A stretch of DNA of 63,919 bases, filler included. It is 5 parts of 5 records of this genome, joined end to end, with 100 filler letters (N's around TTAATTAATTAA, not from the genome) between each part and the next. Parts side by side here need not be neighbours in the genome. Positions count along the whole stretch, not along the records: positions 34,404 to 54,576 come from SRR31156797_8315; 4 more parts are not named here. The stretch is one strand, 5' to 3'. This document shows, in pieces, positions 37,653 through 45,474 of this stretch; positions within the stretch are counted from its first letter, which is position 1; every line of letters begins with the position of its first letter. The notes beneath the pieces are model-generated. The model was not told the origin of the DNA. It was given only the letters and a program-made list of their open reading frames with translations, and did not search any database. Made by a program: the position numbers and the translations under genes.

Positions 37653-39269
37653 TCATGAACTGCAGGAAAGCATGGAGCAACCAGGCCTGTTTCTTGCCCA
37701 TTCAGGTCTTTTTTGGGCAAATTTTTCCTTACCTGGCTGCTTTTCGTATGGACGTCTCATAACATCCAGCAATTCAATGATAAGTGAACTGTCTCCCTTT
37801 TCGGCAGCATCAATGGCTAACTGAGCCAGGTAATTACGAAATACATACTTGGGGTTAACCCTGTTCATCCATGAGCGTCTTTGGCTAAAAGGTGTCCCTT
37901 CATCGTGGAGACGGTTTGCATACATCTGCAGCCATTTCTGTAGCCGCTGCCAGTATTCATCGCTAATTTGTTTAGGGGAATAATAAGCATCGTAAATGGG
38001 CAGCGCGCTTGGCTCAAACGGTTTACTGATATCCGTTGTGTGTAGATCGAGTGCTGCAAGTTCACGAAAAAAGATGGTCATATCCGTTTCTGTCAGCTGC
38101 AGAAGGGTGTACAATTCGTCAAAGAGCGGCTGGTCAGTGTTTTCTTTAACCTCCTTGATACCGAGTTTATCACCAGTCATGGCCAGGTATTGGTTTTTAA
38201 AATCAATACTGTAGCGTTGTAACGCTTTTTCAAATGGTTCTGCTTCGTTTATCAATGGATACAGGGCGTTGGCTAATTGAGACAAGTTCCAATGGGCAAT
38301 TTTAGGCTGATTGCCAAAACAATAGCGGCGTCCCATGCTGTCTGTTGTATTTGGAGTCCAGTTAGGGTCGTATCTTTCCAGCCAACCATATGGCCCGTAA
38401 TCTATGGTCTGGCCAAGAATTGACATATTATCGGTGTTCATTACCCCGTGCACAAAACCTACCCGCATCCAATGAATGACCATGTCCAGGGTAGATGTAC
38501 ACACCTTTTCAAAGAGCTTGATATATGAATCCTTGGCAGGCATTCCAAGATGTGGAAAAGAAGTGTTTATCGTATAATCCACCAGAATTTTGAGGGCATC
38601 TATTTCGCCTCTGGCTGAGTGGATTTCAAAATTTCCAAACCTGATAAAGGAAGGTGCAACACGACAAACTACGGCTCCTGGCTCCTCTTTTGGATGTCCG
38701 TCATAAAACATATCCCTTTCAACTGGGTCGCCTGTAACAATAAGGCTTAATGCCCTCGTTGTGGGTACACCCAAGTGGAACATTGCCTCGCTGCATACAA
38801 ATTCTCTAAGCGAGGAACGAAGCACCGCAAGGCCATTTGCATTTCGCGAGTATGGGGTTGCTCCTGCTCCTTTTAATTGGAGCACCCAACGCTCGTCTTT
38901 TTTATTGATGATTTCTCCAAGGTTGATGGCTCTTCCGTCACCAAGTTGACCTGCCCATTTGCCAAATTGATGGCCGCCATAACACATGGCATATGGATCC
39001 ATGTCCGGCAGGAGGGTGTTGCCGGAAAAGGTAGCTGTGAATCGAGATGAGGTGCAGGTCTCAGGAGAAAGGTCAAGCAGGTCTGCTGTTTCCTGTGAAA
39101 AGGAGAGCAGGGTAGGAGCCGAAACTTTTGCGGGCAGGACCCGGGAATAGTTGGTACCAGTAACTTGCCTACGGTAATTTGCTGTTTCTGGGTCACCTGG
39201 CAATTCGCGGGTAAAGCTGTTGTCAAAGATAAGCTGCTCTAAATTGTTTAGCTGGTCCATGTTTGTCAT
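37653..39269 (-). CDS. selO: SelO/YdiU protein adenylyltransferase
   Basis: Motifs YGGHQFG..AGQLGDGRA, QLKGAG.TPYSR and GFVHGVMNTDN. C-terminal CSMLSCSS. Confidence 0.93.
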   Translation of the reverse strand: MTNMDQLNNLEQLIFDNSFTRELPGDPETANYRRQVTGTNYSRVLPAKVSAPTLLSFSQETADLLDLSPETCTSSRFTATFSGNTLLPDMDPYAMCYGGHQFGKWAGQLGDGRAINLGEIINKKDERWVLQLKGAGATPYSRNANGLAVLRSSLREFVCSEAMFHLGVPTTRALSLIVTGDPVERDMFYDGHPKEEPGAVVCRVAPSFIRFGNFEIHSARGEIDALKILVDYTINTSFPHLGMPAKDSYIKLFEKVCTSTLDMVIHWMRVGFVHGVMNTDNMSILGQTIDYGPYGWLERYDPNWTPNTTDSMGRRYCFGNQPKIAHWNLSQLANALYPLINEAEPFEKALQRYSIDFKNQYLAMTGDKLGIKEVKENTDQPLFDELYTLLQLTETDMTIFFRELAALDLHTTDISKPFEPSALPIYDAYYSPKQISDEYWQRLQKWLQMYANRLHDEGTPFSQRRSWMNRVNPKYVFRNYLAQLAIDAAEKGDSSLIIELLDVMRRPYEKQPGKEKFAQKRPEWARNRPGCSMLSCSS

Positions 39270-39369
39270 CTGGATGCTTTGGGCAAGATCTATTCAGGCT
39301 GTTCTATGGTAGATAAATCAGTATAGAGAAAGCCATTATATGTATTTTGTTTATTGAGCAACTTCAGCA

Positions 39370-39756
39370 TTATTCTCTGATTGCTGCGATTGCTTCGACT
39401 TCTACCAAAACGTCCTTGGGCAGGCGGGATACTTCTACGCAGGATCTTGCCGGAGGATTCTGTGAGAAATAGGTTGCATAAATTTCGTTAAAATCAGCGA
39501 AATGATTCATATCACTGAGAAAGCAGGTTGTTTTTATGACTGAATCAATATCTGCCCCAGCGGCAGCAAGCACTTGGACGAGGTTATCAAGCACCTGTTT
39601 ACTTTGTTCTACTATACCGCCAGTAACGACCTCCATGGTTCCGGGGGTAAGCGCGATTTGGCCGGAAGTATAGACTATGTCGCCGACCCTTACTGCCTGC
39701 GAGTAGGGACCGATGGCTGCGGGAGCTTGTGTGGTTGAAATAATTGTTTTCTGCAT
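39370..39756 (-). CDS. ridA: RidA family enamine/imine deaminase
   Basis: Motifs APAAIGPYSQA, SGQI, PARSCVEV and VEVEAIA. Confidence 0.92.
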   Translation of the reverse strand: MQKTIISTTQAPAAIGPYSQAVRVGDIVYTSGQIALTPGTMEVVTGGIVEQSKQVLDNLVQVLAAAGADIDSVIKTTCFLSDMNHFADFNEIYATYFSQNPPARSCVEVSRLPKDVLVEVEAIAAIRE

Positions 39757-39960
39757 TTTATTATTCTCGGATGTTGGTTGTGAATTTGATTTGCCTGATT
39801 TTTTACCTTATTCATTAATAGGAAAAGGTACACCTCCATACCGAAGCAGTTACTTTTTTTGATCAATTCGCTGCAAGCAGTTGACACGTATCTGACATCT
39901 CTTTAGGGTAAGTATTAGATTTATTTTTACCTCCTTGATATATATACATAACGTGGAAGT

Positions 39961-40548
39961 ATGATTACACAATTACACTCTTCAGATGCGTTGTTGCTGG
40001 TAGATGTGCAGAATGATTTTTTAGAGGGAGGCAGCCTTGCCGTTCCCGATGCTGATGCAATCCTGCCAGTTCTCAATAGTTACCTTGCTCTTTTTTCGGA
40101 TAAAGGCCTACAGGTCGTTGCCAGTAGAGATTGGCACCCTGCCGATCACTGCTCATTTGTTGTAAATGGTGGCCAATGGCCATCACACTGCGTAGCAGAG
40201 ACTGCAGGTGCTGCCTTTTCCCAAGCCATCTCACTCCCGATCTCTTGCCATATTGTTTCAAAAGCCACCGCGGTTGACCATGAAGCATATTCAGGATTTG
40301 AAGGGACAGGATTAGCCTCTTATCTGCAACAAAAGGGCATCAATCGACTTTTTGTAGGGGGACTGGCAACTGATTACTGTGTATTGCAAACTGTTTTGGA
40401 TGCTCTCGACCATGGATTTATGGTGGTCTTACTTACTGATGCGATCAGGTCGGTTGATGTTCAGAGTGGCGATGGTGAGCAAGCCATTGCAAAAATGGCA
40501 GAAAATGGTGCACAAACCGCAAACTTTTCCGATATCGAACAACAATGA
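39961..40548 (+). CDS. pncA: Nicotinamidase
   Basis: Motifs VDVQNDF, DWHP..H.SF, WPSHCV and GLATDYCV. Confidence 0.92.
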   Translation: MITQLHSSDALLLVDVQNDFLEGGSLAVPDADAILPVLNSYLALFSDKGLQVVASRDWHPADHCSFVVNGGQWPSHCVAETAGAAFSQAISLPISCHIVSKATAVDHEAYSGFEGTGLASYLQQKGINRLFVGGLATDYCVLQTVLDALDHGFMVVLLTDAIRSVDVQSGDGEQAIAKMAENGAQTANFSDIEQQ

Positions 40549-41885
40549 AGACTTCCCCCATATTTACTGACCTGTATCAGTTTACGATGATGCAGGGATA
40601 CTCTGACCAGCAGATGGAACAAACCGCTGTGTTTGAATTTTTCATACGCAAACTCCCGGATCAGAGAAATTTTCTTGTCGCTGCTGGGCTGGAGCAGGTG
40701 ATTGAATATTTAGAGAATTTATCCTTTGCAGAAGAAGACATTAAGTACCTCCGTTCGACTGGTTTTTTCCATGAACCATTTCTTGCCTACCTTAAAAACG
40801 TCACATTTAACGGAAATGTCCATGCTGTGCCCGAAGGAACAATTGTTTTTGCCGGAGAGCCGCTTATAAGAATAACTGCCCCTCTGCCGGTGGCACAGTT
40901 AGTGGAGACTCGGATTATTAATATTTTGATGTTTCAAACCATGATTGCTTCAAAAGCTGTACGAATGAGGCTAACTGCTCCAGATGAGGTGCTCATAGAT
41001 TTTGGGCTCAGGAGAGCCCATGGTGCAGAGGCCGGCATCTTGGCTGCCAGAGCCGGCTACCTTGCAGGGCTTAATGGAACGGCAACAGTAGAAGCAGGAT
41101 TTCTGTTTGGCATTCCGTTATTTGGCACCATGGCCCATTCATTTGTCCAGGCTCATGATTCTGAAATGGAAGCGTTTCGCCATTTTGCAAAAAGCCAGCC
41201 TGATAATGTGGTTCTTCTTATTGACACCTATGATACGGAAAAAGGTGCAGAGAAAGTTGTTGCGCTTGCCTCAGAACTGGCTGCTGAATCCATTATTATT
41301 AAAGGGGTGAGAATCGATAGCGGTGATCTTGTGGCATCTGCACAGAAGGTACGTGCAATACTAGACCGGGGTGGCCTGCAAAATACCAAGATTTTTCTGA
41401 GCAGTAGCCTGGATGAATATTCGCTTTCTGCTATCAAGGATGCCGAGGCACCTGTTGACGGATATGGGATTGGTACCAGGATGATAACTTCCTCAGATTA
41501 TCCGTTTCTCGACTGTTCCTATAAACTGGTTGAATATGATGGCAAGGGGCGAAGAAAACGTTCTGCTTCAAAAGAGACTTGGCCAGGGCCCAAGCAGGTC
41601 TATAGACAATATGATGATAGCGGCTTTCTGCAAAAGGATGTTCTGACCGTAGAGACCGACACTCTTCAAGGAAAAGCTTTGATATGTGCTGTAATGGAAA
41701 ATGGAAAAACTCTTCATCAACTCCCATCGTTAATGGAATCAAGGGAACATGTCCAAGCTGAACTTCTCACATTACCGATATCGTTTCGGCAGGTTACAAC
41801 CAGTGCATCATATACTTTAGAGATTTCATCTGCATTAGGTCTCCTTACTGAAAAAGTAGATGCAGCTCGCGACGCCGTTGCTTAA
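40545..41885 (+). CDS. pncB: Nicotinate phosphoribosyltransferase
   Basis: Motifs TDLYQFTM, DFGLRRAHG, GTMAHSF, LIDTYD and RIDSGD. ATGA overlap with pncA. Confidence 0.95.
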   Translation: MKTSPIFTDLYQFTMMQGYSDQQMEQTAVFEFFIRKLPDQRNFLVAAGLEQVIEYLENLSFAEEDIKYLRSTGFFHEPFLAYLKNVTFNGNVHAVPEGTIVFAGEPLIRITAPLPVAQLVETRIINILMFQTMIASKAVRMRLTAPDEVLIDFGLRRAHGAEAGILAARAGYLAGLNGTATVEAGFLFGIPLFGTMAHSFVQAHDSEMEAFRHFAKSQPDNVVLLIDTYDTEKGAEKVVALASELAAESIIIKGVRIDSGDLVASAQKVRAILDRGGLQNTKIFLSSSLDEYSLSAIKDAEAPVDGYGIGTRMITSSDYPFLDCSYKLVEYDGKGRRKRSASKETWPGPKQVYRQYDDSGFLQKDVLTVETDTLQGKALICAVMENGKTLHQLPSLMESREHVQAELLTLPISFRQVTTSASYTLEISSALGLLTEKVDAARDAVA

Positions 41886-41936
41886 TAATAGAGACAGTGT
41901 GAACACTTCTAAAAGGATACGAGACTGCATAAGGGT

Positions 41937-42575
41937 ATGAGAAATAGCTACGCAGCAGCAACGCTGCATGCATACAATGAAAACGCCGACAACTATCTTG
42001 AAAAATTTAGGGACTACGAACCCTATAGAGAGAAGATTAAGTTGTTTCAGAAAAAATATATTGACCAGCATGCCAATGTTCTTGATCTAGGGTGCGGGCC
42101 TGGCACTAATGCCAGGCTGATACACCAAGGTGACCCAACTTGCACCATCACAGGGATCGATGTCTCTGACAAGATGATATCTCTTGCCAGAGAGATTGCC
42201 CCCGAGTGTATTTTTATTGTGGAGGATATCCGTCAGTTCGCGCCTGCTAGGCCTTTTGATGCTGTCATTGCCTCCTTTTGTATCGTTCACCTCACCGATA
42301 AAGAGACAGCCGAGTTACTCGCAGCAATTTCTAAAAGAGTAGTCGACAACGGCAGCCTCTATATCAGTTTTATGGAAGGTGTTGGAAATGGATTGGAAAC
42401 GACAAGCTTTTCAGGAGAAAAAATATATTTCAATTATTATCAAACCAGCCGAATTCAGCATTTGCTTGCTCAAAATATGTTTGAGGTAGAGGACGTGTTT
42501 ACTGAAGAATATGCAGAACAGGGTGGATCTCTTACATACGATATTTTTATTTTCGCCACAAAAAAAAAGCGATGA
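41937..42575 (+). CDS. Class I SAM-dependent methyltransferase
   Basis: Motifs VLDLGCGPG and GIDVS. Confidence 0.88.
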   Translation: MRNSYAAATLHAYNENADNYLEKFRDYEPYREKIKLFQKKYIDQHANVLDLGCGPGTNARLIHQGDPTCTITGIDVSDKMISLAREIAPECIFIVEDIRQFAPARPFDAVIASFCIVHLTDKETAELLAAISKRVVDNGSLYISFMEGVGNGLETTSFSGEKIYFNYYQTSRIQHLLAQNMFEVEDVFTEEYAEQGGSLTYDIFIFATKKKR

Positions 42576-42617
42576 GCCCACCTCAACTACTAACAACCGC
42601 CACATTCAACCTGGAGG

Positions 42618-43352
42618 TTGAAGATGAAAAAAGATATTCGGATAGCGCTGTTAATCGATTGCGATAATGTTAGCCATAGCTCGGTCGAGGGGGTTCTGGA
42701 AGAGTTGGCAAAATATGGCACCGTGAACGTACGCCATGCCCACGGCGACTGGAAGAGCAGCAGGTTGTCCGGATGGGTAGAAAAACTTCACCCCCACGCC
42801 ATACGACCAGTCCAGCAATTTGCTTATACCACAGGTAAAAATGCAACTGATGCAGCCATGATCATTGATGCTATGGACTTATTGTACAGTAGTAATGTTG
42901 ATGCATTTGCTTTGATGACCAGTGACAGTGATTTTACACCATTGGTTCTGCGTATCTTAGAGAGCGGGGTGTCTGTTTATGGCTTTGGAGAAAAGAAGAC
43001 ACCACTACCGTTTGTTCATGCCTGTTCCCAGTTTATTTATACGGAAAACCTTGAAGACGCACCGGAAGAAAAAACGGAAACTGCAAAGGGCATAGAAAAA
43101 AAATCACGTAATGAGCTGAGAGGAGATACTGCCCTTGTTAAATTGTTGAGAACTTCCCTTGAAAAAGTCTCTGAAGAAGACGGATGGTCTGATCTCAGCA
43201 AGGTGGGTAAATACATTTCTAACAACAGTTCCTTTTCACCTATTAATTATGGCTACAAGAAGCTCAGTGAACTTATCAGGGCCAGCGAGTTATTTGAAAT
43301 AGAAATGCGCAATAACAACACCTCAATATTTATTAAAGACGCACGGCAATAG
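42618..43352 (+). CDS. NYN (LabA/DUF88) domain protein with OST-HTH/LOTUS domain
   Basis: LIDCDN, KNATD..M.IDAMD and SDSDF, plus a C-terminal DGW...NYGYKKLSELI. Confidence 0.88.
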   Translation: MKMKKDIRIALLIDCDNVSHSSVEGVLEELAKYGTVNVRHAHGDWKSSRLSGWVEKLHPHAIRPVQQFAYTTGKNATDAAMIIDAMDLLYSSNVDAFALMTSDSDFTPLVLRILESGVSVYGFGEKKTPLPFVHACSQFIYTENLEDAPEEKTETAKGIEKKSRNELRGDTALVKLLRTSLEKVSEEDGWSDLSKVGKYISNNSSFSPINYGYKKLSELIRASELFEIEMRNNNTSIFIKDARQ

Positions 43353-43360
43353 AGACATTT

Positions 43361-44062
43361 ATGAAAACCATAGGTTTACTCGGGGGGATGAGTTGGGAGA
43401 GTACTGTGGGATACTACCGCGCCATAAACATGGGCATTAAATCTCAGCTTGGCGGATTGCATTCAGCAAAAATTGTTTTGTACAGTGTTGACTTTGGCCC
43501 CATAGAACAATGTCAACAGAAGAACGATTGGACGGCAACTGCAACCATTCTTGCAGATGCTGCCCATAATATTGAAGCAGGCGGAGCTGATTTTCTTCTC
43601 ATCTGTACCAACACCATGCACAAAGTTGCCCAACAGGTGGAAAAGGCAATCCAAATCCCTTTATTCCATATTGCAGATGCAACGGCAGAGGCCCTTCTCA
43701 AAGATGGAATACGTACCGTTGGTCTCTTAGGGACTGGATTTACGATGGAAGAGGAATTTTATAAGGGACGCCTCCAAAATAAATATGGCTTAAATGTTTT
43801 GGTTCCAGACCTTGCGGACAGAACCATTGTCCATGATGTTATCTATCAGGAGTTATGTCAGGGTAACATTTCTGCCAACTCAAGAATAGAATATCTGCGC
43901 ATTATCGATACATTAGTACAAAAAGGTGCCGGCGGGGTTATTCTCGGCTGCACTGAAATTGGGATGCTTTTAAAACAGGAAAATACCGTTATTCCATTGT
44001 ATGACACGACCATTCTTCATGCGAACAAAGCTGTCGAGTATGCGCTGTCTGATTCTCGGTGA
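43361..44062 (+). CDS. Aspartate/glutamate racemase family protein (YgeA-like)
   Basis: Motifs GLLGGMSWEST, ICTNTMH and ILGCTEI. Confidence 0.9.
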   Translation: MKTIGLLGGMSWESTVGYYRAINMGIKSQLGGLHSAKIVLYSVDFGPIEQCQQKNDWTATATILADAAHNIEAGGADFLLICTNTMHKVAQQVEKAIQIPLFHIADATAEALLKDGIRTVGLLGTGFTMEEEFYKGRLQNKYGLNVLVPDLADRTIVHDVIYQELCQGNISANSRIEYLRIIDTLVQKGAGGVILGCTEIGMLLKQENTVIPLYDTTILHANKAVEYALSDSR

Positions 44063-44485
44063 TACTTGATTGAAAAACGACCTCTGATAAAAAGACTGTT
44101 GATATTATGGGGGAAAAACAAATAACCAGCCAGGAAAAGGCGGACTGGCTCACTTATTATTTTTTTTATTCCCCGGTAAAACCAATTCCCATTGCACCAC
44201 AAAGGCTTCAGCTTATATCACCTTGTAAGTCAAGCGTATATGCTTACCTTTTATGCTAAGGACAAAACAGGATATGCAGTCGATTTTGTTGGCATAGGGA
44301 CTGGTAATCTGTTGTGATAGTGTTTTTTCCTGTTTACCTTGCACAACCATGCCGTGCATCTAAAGTTCGGCATTCATAATACACTGTAAAGACAACAAGC
44401 TATTAGCTGTCAATTCACAGTGTGTCTCGGATTACCCTTCAGCAATCCTCTATGAAGCATTTATTCTACATATCGGAGGCTTAGC

Positions 44486-44842
44486 ATGAGTTCTGTAAGC
44501 TACATAGGAAAAGATATTGCATTTGATAGTGAAGGATTTCTCCTGTCTGGAGAAGACTGGAACGAAGATATAGCGAGGAAAATAGCAGCTAAAGAAGGGC
44601 TGGATCATTTAAATAAGGAGCAAATGGAGATAATTGCATCGATGAGAGCCTATTTCTTTAAGTACAAGGTTTTTCCAATCCTCAATAATGTGTGTAAGAT
44701 TGCTCACCAGCCCAAACAGTGTGTCAATGAACAATTTTTAAATCCTGAAGTTGCATGGAAAATAGCCGGACTCCCTAAACAGGAAAGTTTTCATTTTATC
44801 AGTATGGATGGCAAAACTTTTAAAATGGAATCATGTTGCTGA
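44486..44842 (+). CDS. Atypical DsrC/TusE family protein
   Basis: DSEGFL...DWNE.IA..IA..EG and KIAGLPK, with an extended tail ending ESCC. Confidence 0.82.
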   Translation: MSSVSYIGKDIAFDSEGFLLSGEDWNEDIARKIAAKEGLDHLNKEQMEIIASMRAYFFKYKVFPILNNVCKIAHQPKQCVNEQFLNPEVAWKIAGLPKQESFHFISMDGKTFKMESCC

Positions 44843-44878
44843 TATGGCAGCAGTTACACGAACTAGAGAGGTGACCAC

Positions 44879-45133
44879 ATGTATTCAAGTGATGAAATTT
44901 GTCATAAAATTACAACAATGTACCCTGAAATTGGTGAGTGTGGTGCGGAACTCAATGTCCGATATGATGAACAGAACAAAGCATGGTTGATTAATATGAA
45001 AAAGGACAACCATGAGTTGAATCATTATTTGGAATTGAATGATGCTGAGCACTGCCTTGATGGTACCCAGTGTGTTTCACTCGGACTGGATATGGCCCAG
45101 ATGTTAAACAATATAGAAGAAAAACAGTTCTAG
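44879..45133 (+). CDS. 84-aa four-Cys hypothetical protein
   Basis: GAGG RBS. IC.KI...YPEIGECG and C.DG.QCVSLG. Confidence 0.72.
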   Translation: MYSSDEICHKITTMYPEIGECGAELNVRYDEQNKAWLINMKKDNHELNHYLELNDAEHCLDGTQCVSLGLDMAQMLNNIEEKQF

Positions 45134-45142
45134 GGAAACCCT

Positions 45143-45231
45143 GTAACTGCTCACACGTGCTCTTGGTTTGGATAAGCGCGGTTTTTAGCAGGCAAGCGAA
45201 GACTCCGTGGGGTGCGTGTGTGAGTAGTTAT
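45143..45231. repeat. 89-bp element with terminal inverted repeats (MITE/REP-like)
   Basis: GTAACTGCTCACAC ... GTGTGAGTAGTTAT. A related short element lies at 35541-35586. Confidence 0.5.
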
Positions 45232-45474
45232 GAAAACCTTTAAATTGTACACTGTTAAGTCGATACTTTCCTTGAAAAGCCAGGATACTTCGGATATGTC
45301 TGACGTTGTGTTGTAAATTTTATATCGCATTGCGGATGACGGAAAATGGAAAGCTCAAATCAGAGATGATGATAATATATCCTATCATTTTGTTGATTTT
45401 TGTAACCTGTATGCTTTTTCAATTTCAGCATTCACCATTGAAAAAGAAGGTAGATACTGAAAAAAAGGAACATC

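Noticed and set aside
37653-37680. SelO as a selenoprotein
   Set aside because: The C-terminal redox position is TGC (Cys) in CSMLSCSS, and the TGA after SS is the ordinary stop.
37653-41885. Functional link between selO and the pncAB NAD salvage genes
   Set aside because: The genes are divergent and separated by ridA, and I saw no shared regulatory motif. Adjacency alone is insufficient.
44288-44308. sigma54 promoter upstream of the DsrC-like gene (TGGCAT-N5-CTGGT)
   Set aside because: The invariant -12 GC dinucleotide is absent.
44834-44866. Sec read-through of the DsrC-like Cys-Cys-TGA
   Set aside because: Only a weak 4-bp hairpin follows, and the extension (YGSSYTN*) looks meaningless, so I treat it as a normal stop.
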